From Macrostomum hystrix (taxonomy: Eukaryota > Animalia > Platyhelminthes), in NCBI GenBank assembly GCA_950097015.1, contig CATNEN010000010.1, forward strand, positions 2,976,001 through 3,040,000: DNA of 64,000 nt. Direction: 5' to 3'. Shown here piece by piece: positions 58,001 to 64,000 of this stretch; the stretch's first letter is position 1; the number at the start of each line of letters is the position of its first letter. Under the pieces are notes generated by a model. It ran no database searches. It was not told where the DNA came from and worked only from the letters and a program-made list of their open reading frames with translations. The translations under genes were made by a program, and so were the position numbers.

Positions 58001-60318
58001 GCTTACCGGCCTGTCTGTTCCGCCTCTAATCAGAATATTGGCACGCTCTAGATGTCTGTGAAAGCTTCAACTGACTTAAGAAAGATTTAATTGTACCTTT
58101 AATCCCGGTAGAGATCCCTAGAGAACTCTATAATGTGTCTGTGAAAATTCCTACAACCAATTAACATGCCTTTATTGCTCTAATGCCATTCTAATGTCGC
58201 TCTAATGTCATTCTAATGTACTCTAATGTAATTCTAATGTGCTCTAATGTCGTTTAAATATGCTCTAATGTCGGGCAGCTCGCCGAACTTACAGCGTTGA
58301 TTCCGCTGAGCTGTTGCATGATCTGGATGCCGACAGCGATAGCCACTGGCATGCGCAGGTCGGCCTGGGTGAACAGCTGAACAAACTTGAACTTCTTAGC
58401 CGGAACGGCGACGGTCTCGACGGTCTCATCGGCAGCCTGATCCTCCAGGGCGCAGCTGCCATTGTTGTCCATCTCGCGGCGCATCTCCTCGATGTGCTTG
58501 TTGGGGTCGTCATTGGGGTACAGGCGCTCCAGCGCCTTCTTGGCCTCGGCCTCGCGGCCACGGTTCATGAAGAGGAAGCGCGGCGACTCCGGGCAGAACG
58601 GCAGGACGATCAGGGAGATGACGGCCGGCACGCCGGTGAGGGCCTGGGCCACGATCCACAGGTCGCGGTGGTTCATGGTCTGCTCGAGGCCGGAGCAGAC
58701 GAAGGCGACCAGGATGCCGATGGTGACGGCCAGCTGGTGGCAGGCGCCGATGGCGCCGCGGATGTTGATGGGAGCGATCTCGGTAAGGTAGATGCTGGCC
58801 AGCCCGATGGTCACACCTAGGGCGGCAATGGGTCAGGGGCGTGTTAGACAGGGTGTTAGACATGGTGTTAGACAGGGTGTAAGACATGGTGTTAGACATG
58901 GTGTTAGATATGGTATTAGACATAGTGTTAGACAGTGTTTTAGACAGGGCGTTAGACAGGGTGTTAGACTGGCTAAGCGACCTGTTTTGTGGGTGTCAGG
59001 TGGAGTAGTAAGTGGTTGCTGGGAGCAGTGAAAGCAGCTTACCGCAATTGAAGCCAATGAAAGCGCGGCCGATGTACAGAAGATAGGGCACTTTGGTCAC
59101 CACGGTAGGCGCTGTGATGATGGCTCCGACTATGATGAAGGCATTGTTGAACAGTAGACCGTTGCGCCTGGAAATCGAGGCGGATATTGTGCGATAGTCA
59201 CCATGGAAACGGCCACACCCACCAGAGGACACAAACTAAAGTTTTATGACCTGAGAAAGTGCGTCTTGGAGCTATGCCATCATAAAACTACGATTATAAT
59301 AGCAAAAATACGAATGCATAATAGCTCGTATTGCATTGTAAATGGGTTTTATTGCTTTGCATTCGTCTGGCCCAGCCTTCAGAGTCTCCATGGCTAGAAA
59401 AAATTCAATTGTAGAAATGCGTAACAACTAAATGCATTCATTGCAATGCATTCGCAAAATAATTTCAAAACTACAAACTAAAATGAAGGGCGTGGCCATG
59501 GGTGTCTCCGCTGGCTAGAAGACAGACCAATTCGAGCCTTTAATTGTCGATTTCGAGAAAAGTTCGCTAATTCTAATCTACCCGTCGCCTGTTTACTTTT
59601 GGCAAGCTGATGAAGCTGCTCAGTAGGGAAGGACTGAAGGACCAAAAAGTGTCTCTGCGGGTGGCACTTGAGCCAGCAAAATACCTTAGAAGGCCTCTTC
59701 ATTCGCCCTGCGTCTCTTCTCACAGGCAATGACGTGAGTACACTGTGCAATTGTGCCCAGGACTGTCAATCAAAGCTTCTCAGATGATGAGAACGCATGC
59801 CCACCTAGCTATGTCCAAAGCCTCTTAAAACTGCATCTAAACTGCTCACCTGCCAAAGTAATTGGAGATGGCGCCGGTGCAGAAGGCTCCTATAGCGCCG
59901 AACACAATCCAGACAGTCATTATGAGCGAATAGTACAGGCCGATTTTGTGCTCAACACCGGTGCCACCATCGTTGGTGCCGTTGCTGCCGGGTGCTGGGC
60001 AGGGGCTAATCTTCAGCAGATTCTCGCTCAGGAAGCACTCGATGTGCTGGCATGAGGTTGGGTTGGGAGCTGGTTATGGAGACTGTCCTGCGCTCAGAGT
60101 CTAAATAATCGAAGCTCACCTGCTTAGGCCCGTTGAACACGGAGATGTTGTAGCCATAGAGCAGAGAAGAACCAAAGCAGGTGATGAAGCAGGACAGGAT
60201 CAACCACGGAGTGATCTGAATGCAGGAGCAATATTGGGCTAGCAAAGCAGGCAGTCATATTTGGCATTGCTTGAATTCAGTGCAGTTGTCAGATAAGTAG
60301 ACTCACCACTTTTCCCAT
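55068..60318 (-). CDS. Facilitated hexose transporter, SLC2A/GLUT class I-like, 549 aa. Exons 60318-60307, 60215-60120, 60046-59850, 59167-59043, 58816-58293, 55763-55068
   Basis: FGSSLLYGYNISVFN, FGRRNGL, GRAFIGFNCG, YLTEIAPINIRGAIGACHQL, PESPRFL, QQLSGINAV, EKFGRRTLLL, GLGTIP..IVAEVF.QEPR and PETKNRSFDDI. Exon sum is 1650 nt, all GT-AG and in phase. Confidence 0.95.
56420..57022. mobile_element. Non-autonomous hAT (Charlie-like) MITE in GLUT intron 5
   Basis: Terminal inverted repeats caggggtcggcaaact (56420) / agtttgccgaccccta (57007-57022), 15/16 match. Subterminal ggcccgcgggccg is typical of Charlie-type elements. No matching 8-bp TSD. Confidence 0.7.
56535..56760. repeat. 16-bp tandem repeat (gggagagatgataaat) inside the hAT MITE
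   Basis: About 14 copies. Confidence 0.93.
58835..58970. repeat. 12-bp tandem repeat (- strand tctaacaccctg) abutting the GLUT exon 5 acceptor
   Basis: About 11 copies. Confidence 0.9.
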
Positions 60319-62477
60319 GACTTGTGTGTCGCGTGTGTCGCCTGAGTTCAGTTGAAGAGCCAGAAGCTGAGCTGTGTGGGCTAGACAATCTCTTTTTGGG
60401 GGCCGCAAGAAAGCTCTGCTAAATAGTACGGCGTGCGGGGGTGTGTGACAGGGACGGGGTGTGTTAAAGGAGTGACCAATGGCGCGGCGCGTGGTCTCAG
60501 AAAGACAGCTCTATCCTCTGATCCACCCCAGAATCTGCATCCCACACCCGCGACCCTGCAGTGTCCTCAGATAACCTCTCTCCTAGTAGCGCCGTCAACA
60601 GAGGCAAAAATAGGGATAAAAATAGACTTGGGATTCGTGGCCAAAAGGGAAGGAAATGTCTGGAGAGGGCGCGCCAGCACACCTCAGCTCCTTCTAGATG
60701 GCCTGAATCGATGGGCGGCGCGGCACTGGCCAAATTTGGGCATTGCCCTCCGCCCCACTAGGAAGACAAGCTCCCGGCGGCTTGCTGACGTCTGCGCGGC
60801 CTTCACTGGTGGGTCTGGGGCGGGTCTGCTGTAGCCCTTTGCCTTGAGCCTAACAGATGCAGCAGCCAGCGTTGCGTGAATGGCTGGCTGGGGAAAACAA
60901 CACACCCCCATGCGGACTGGGAAGATGTTTTCCCATTTCACTTGGCGGCTGCTGAATGGGCACTTGGCTTTAGAACCCCAAAAGCTGAAGGTGGATTTTA
61001 CAGGAAACTGGAAAGTTGTCAAGCTGTTCAAGCAGCCCAGTCAACTATTCCCTGTAAAATCCCTCCCCCAGGCTAATCTCTCCCATATCTTACCTCTCCC
61101 TGCCTCATCCCTATCCCTGGCAAGCCAACCAGTTTTCCTCACTCTTAAATTCTCCCTTTCCGTCGAGGCACAAAACTGCCGATCCCTGCTTTGAAATTTC
61201 AAATCAAAGCACATACGAAGTATAACGTTTTCTAAATGGTGCAGCTGAACTATAAAGTTGTTTTTGAGACAGCCATTCAACTTTTTAAATACTTCCAGCC
61301 AGAACAGCTGCGCAGCCGCTTCCCACGCAGCCAGTCTTCAAGCAGGCCTGAAGCTCCGCCAGCTATGACGCAGTTTTTCTGTCGGCTTTCTGGGGCGAGA
61401 AAACTTTGTAGAGATTTGCGCGCCACTTGAGCTTAATTTAGTCTGAAATTGAATTTTAATTGTACTCATCATCCACTGGCACTGCGTCATTGGTGTGACG
61501 TCATTGAGACGACTGAAACTAGTAATTTTCGAGGTTGCTAAAACAGGTAGCAATAGACAACTGGGACAAAAAGGACGGGAAACGTTTCTTAGAAAAAGTT
61601 TAGGAGGCTGGCTTTTGCCGAAAAAATATTCACTTTTATTTAAAATTTTAGCTAGCGTTCTGGATTTTCATGCGATCCGTTTAATATTTAGCAGATACGA
61701 GCTATGAATAAGGAAAAATGCTGGTATTTGAAATACCACTTAGTCTTTCTACTGTTAACATATAGGCCTAGCAAAGCAGAGAGTATGAAGATAAACTTTT
61801 CATGAATAAAGCTTTGTAAACTTTGCTCGAGCAGCATGTTTGGTAAGTTACATTCAAAGAAGAGCTTTGGATCTGCTTCCGATAAAAAACTATCACTATA
61901 TGTAAAAGAGTGAGGATTACTTATCTCCTAAGTGTAGTTTATCGGCGGAGAGCTGCTTTCCAAGAAACGTATTTTCCCGCCTTTCTACTCCTAGAATTGG
62001 ATTGAGAGATGTTTAGTGACAAAGGCAGCATTTTTGCTGCTTCTGTACGGAAAAGCGGATTGGTATCCCTACTGTTAATCACGGCATAAAGCTTTGGAAT
62101 CGCCGATCACGGCCAATAGTCTGATCCCAGTCTGAGCTGGGCCAGATGGAAGCACTAATGAGTATTACGGCCACACAGTTGCATGTAGACAGTGCGCCGC
62201 CAGTCCCACTCCAGCACGCGAGCACTCATGTCCTTCGAGCTGAGCCCAGCCCGGGCGGGTCGATGACAGAGCCCCTGCTACTATTTATATAGCGCCTAGA
62301 TTGTCTCGAATAATGAGCGATCGATTCGCCACCGCGCCGATCGATCGCTCATCCGCTTTAAGCCTCACCAAACTCAGAGCTCATGAATTCGCACTTACAC
62401 GAGTGCGGGGCAGCGAGACATGCACTTTTCTTTTGCGAATCTCTACTTTTTTTAATCATTATTTCAGTTCAGCTGTG

Positions 62478-62780
62478 AGATCAGCAGCCAAGACTGAGGA
62501 TCTGGGAGATCAGCTGTCAAGACTGAGGATCTGGGAGATCAGCAGCCAAGACTGAGGATCTGGGAGATCAGCTGCCAAGACTGAGGATCTGGGAGATCAG
62601 CTGCCAAGACTGAGGATCTGGGAGATCAGCTGCCAAGACTGAGGATCTGGGAGATCAGCTGCCAAGACTGAGGATCTGGGAGATCAGCTGCCAAGACTGA
62701 GGATCTGGGAGATCAGCTGCCAAGACTGAGGATCTGGGAGATCAGCTGCCAAGACTGAGGATCTGGGAGATCAGCAGCTA
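62478..62780. repeat. 29-bp tandem repeat (agatcagctgccaagactgaggatctggg)
   Basis: About 10 copies between TFIIA-gamma and the GLUT 5' region. Confidence 0.95.
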
Positions 62781-63392
62781 AAGCGGGAGATTTACCAAAA
62801 CTTAAGCAAAATCTGCACCTTGCAAATGAACAAAGCCTCCAGTAAAGACGGAATCTTTATGAGATTTTAGCTGCTCAAGTCAAGTACTCTTCCGTGAAAC
62901 TTGCTGCTGCTTTTACAAGCAATGCGAAGCCAATGGAGACAGAAAGGAATTCATATATTTTTAACAGAGCCGGGAACTGTTGTTAATGCAATAAACATTG
63001 TGAACCGAATTTTAGAACTGGGACTAGACAATATACTACTTACATTTTCTATGCCAGTAGTGAGTAGCGATAAGGTGGAGATTAAAAACTGGCTGAAATC
63101 TTAGCTGAGCTAATATCCAAATCAACAGACTTTCTATTTAAAAGTCATAGCAAAAATGTAGACACGCTACTGAAAGTAGGCAGGGCGATTCAGTAGTCGA
63201 TACATTTTTTTCCGATCAGCCATTAACCCGATATGCAAATCTCCGTTAGCTAGTTACAAAGTTATTATTTTTACAACAGCAAAAAACTTCTTTCAATTTG
63301 GAAATTCACAGCATTAAAATGTGTTATGAACAAGCTTAAAATACTTTACTGTCAGATCAGCACGGCAGTTTGTTATAAAAAACGGTTAACTG

Positions 63393-63752
63393 CTAAGCTG
63401 ATGGCCCACCGCCACCGCCGCCGGCGCCGCCTGCCCTGGCGGTAGTTTTGCCTTCGCAGGCAACAATCTTGACTCTGTCAGCGTGCACAATTTCCGTGGC
63501 CTCCTTGAAGTCGCAGCTGCTCAACACGAATGTCCAGACATTGTCGCAGAATCTGTAGGTGTCCAGCTTGCCACGGAATGTGACCCGACTCTTGACCCTG
63601 GAGGACAGGGCGGTGTTGATGCACTGGTCAAAGGTGCGCAGAACCAGCAGTGCCTGATCGCCATTCATCTGGCCATCGCGAACCAGCTCGTCTAGGGAGT
63701 CCTGCAGTGTGAGGCCCAGGGTGGTGTTGCGGTACAGCTGATGAAAGGCCAT
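63393..63752 (-). CDS. GTF2A2: Transcription factor IIA gamma subunit, single exon, 119 aa
   Basis: [49 protein letters not shown] and KIVACEGK. Acceptor ttccag at 63785, 33 nt upstream of the ATG. Confidence 0.96.
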   Translation of the reverse strand: MAFHQLYRNTTLGLTLQDSLDELVRDGQMNGDQALLVLRTFDQCINTALSSRVKSRVTFRGKLDTYRFCDNVWTFVLSSCDFKEATEIVHADRVKIVACEGKTTARAGGAGGGGGGPSA

Positions 63753-64000
63753 GAGTTCCCGATGAGCAGACAGTAACGATTCTGCTGGAAGTTTGAGCAA
63801 AATGGGATTACCAAGTTTAGAATTTCGGAATTGGTTTAGAAATAGGGTAAAAATATAAAAAAAGAAAAATGCTATAGAAAAGTACATGAATATGTTCCTG
63901 CCTACAGACTGGGCTAAATATAGGAATATAAATGAAGGGAAAATAAATCAACAGAGCTACACACAGATCTAGATAGATGTCAGCAAAAAGGCAGTTTTTT

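Noticed and set aside
62885-63104. Possible SDR dehydrogenase fragment (YSSVK followed by MRSQW..GIHIFLTEPG)
   Set aside because: The two motifs are in different frames, no upstream GxxxGxG or NVSS motif is present, and codon usage is AT-rich; too weak to call.

Overview
Eukaryotic (animal) genomic DNA. Exons are GC-rich, and introns and intergenic spacers are AT-rich or filled with minisatellites. This organisation, plus the ankyrin/Mab-21 family, suggests a free-living flatworm such as Macrostomum; that is an inference. Left to right: a head-to-head pair of quaking/STAR KH gene (-, runs off the left edge) and ribophorin I (+, with a GC-AG intron); a disrupted ankyrin-repeat + Mab-21/cGAS-like nucleotidyltransferase (cGLR-type) gene; a co-oriented + strand run MED14 > TRAPPC5 > CAPN7 > MRPL19, each start codon just downstream of a splice acceptor with no evident upstream exon (candidate trans-spliced operon). 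From ~38 kb the genes are mostly on the - strand: a 768-aa orphan ORF, a frameshifted nodulin-like/MCH1-type MFS transporter, several orphan ORFs, a 6-exon GLUT-type sugar transporter and TFIIA-gamma. About 20 unrelated minisatellite arrays occur. Many have units resembling branch point / polypyrimidine / AG signals on the host sense strand, and their skew flips where gene orientation flips. Mobile elements: two tRNA-derived SINE families (one with a CORE-like domain), a hAT-type MITE, a foldback-like element and a Tc1 transposase fragment. Most long ORFs in the supplied track that overlap repeats are artefacts. All exon boundaries were derived by hand.
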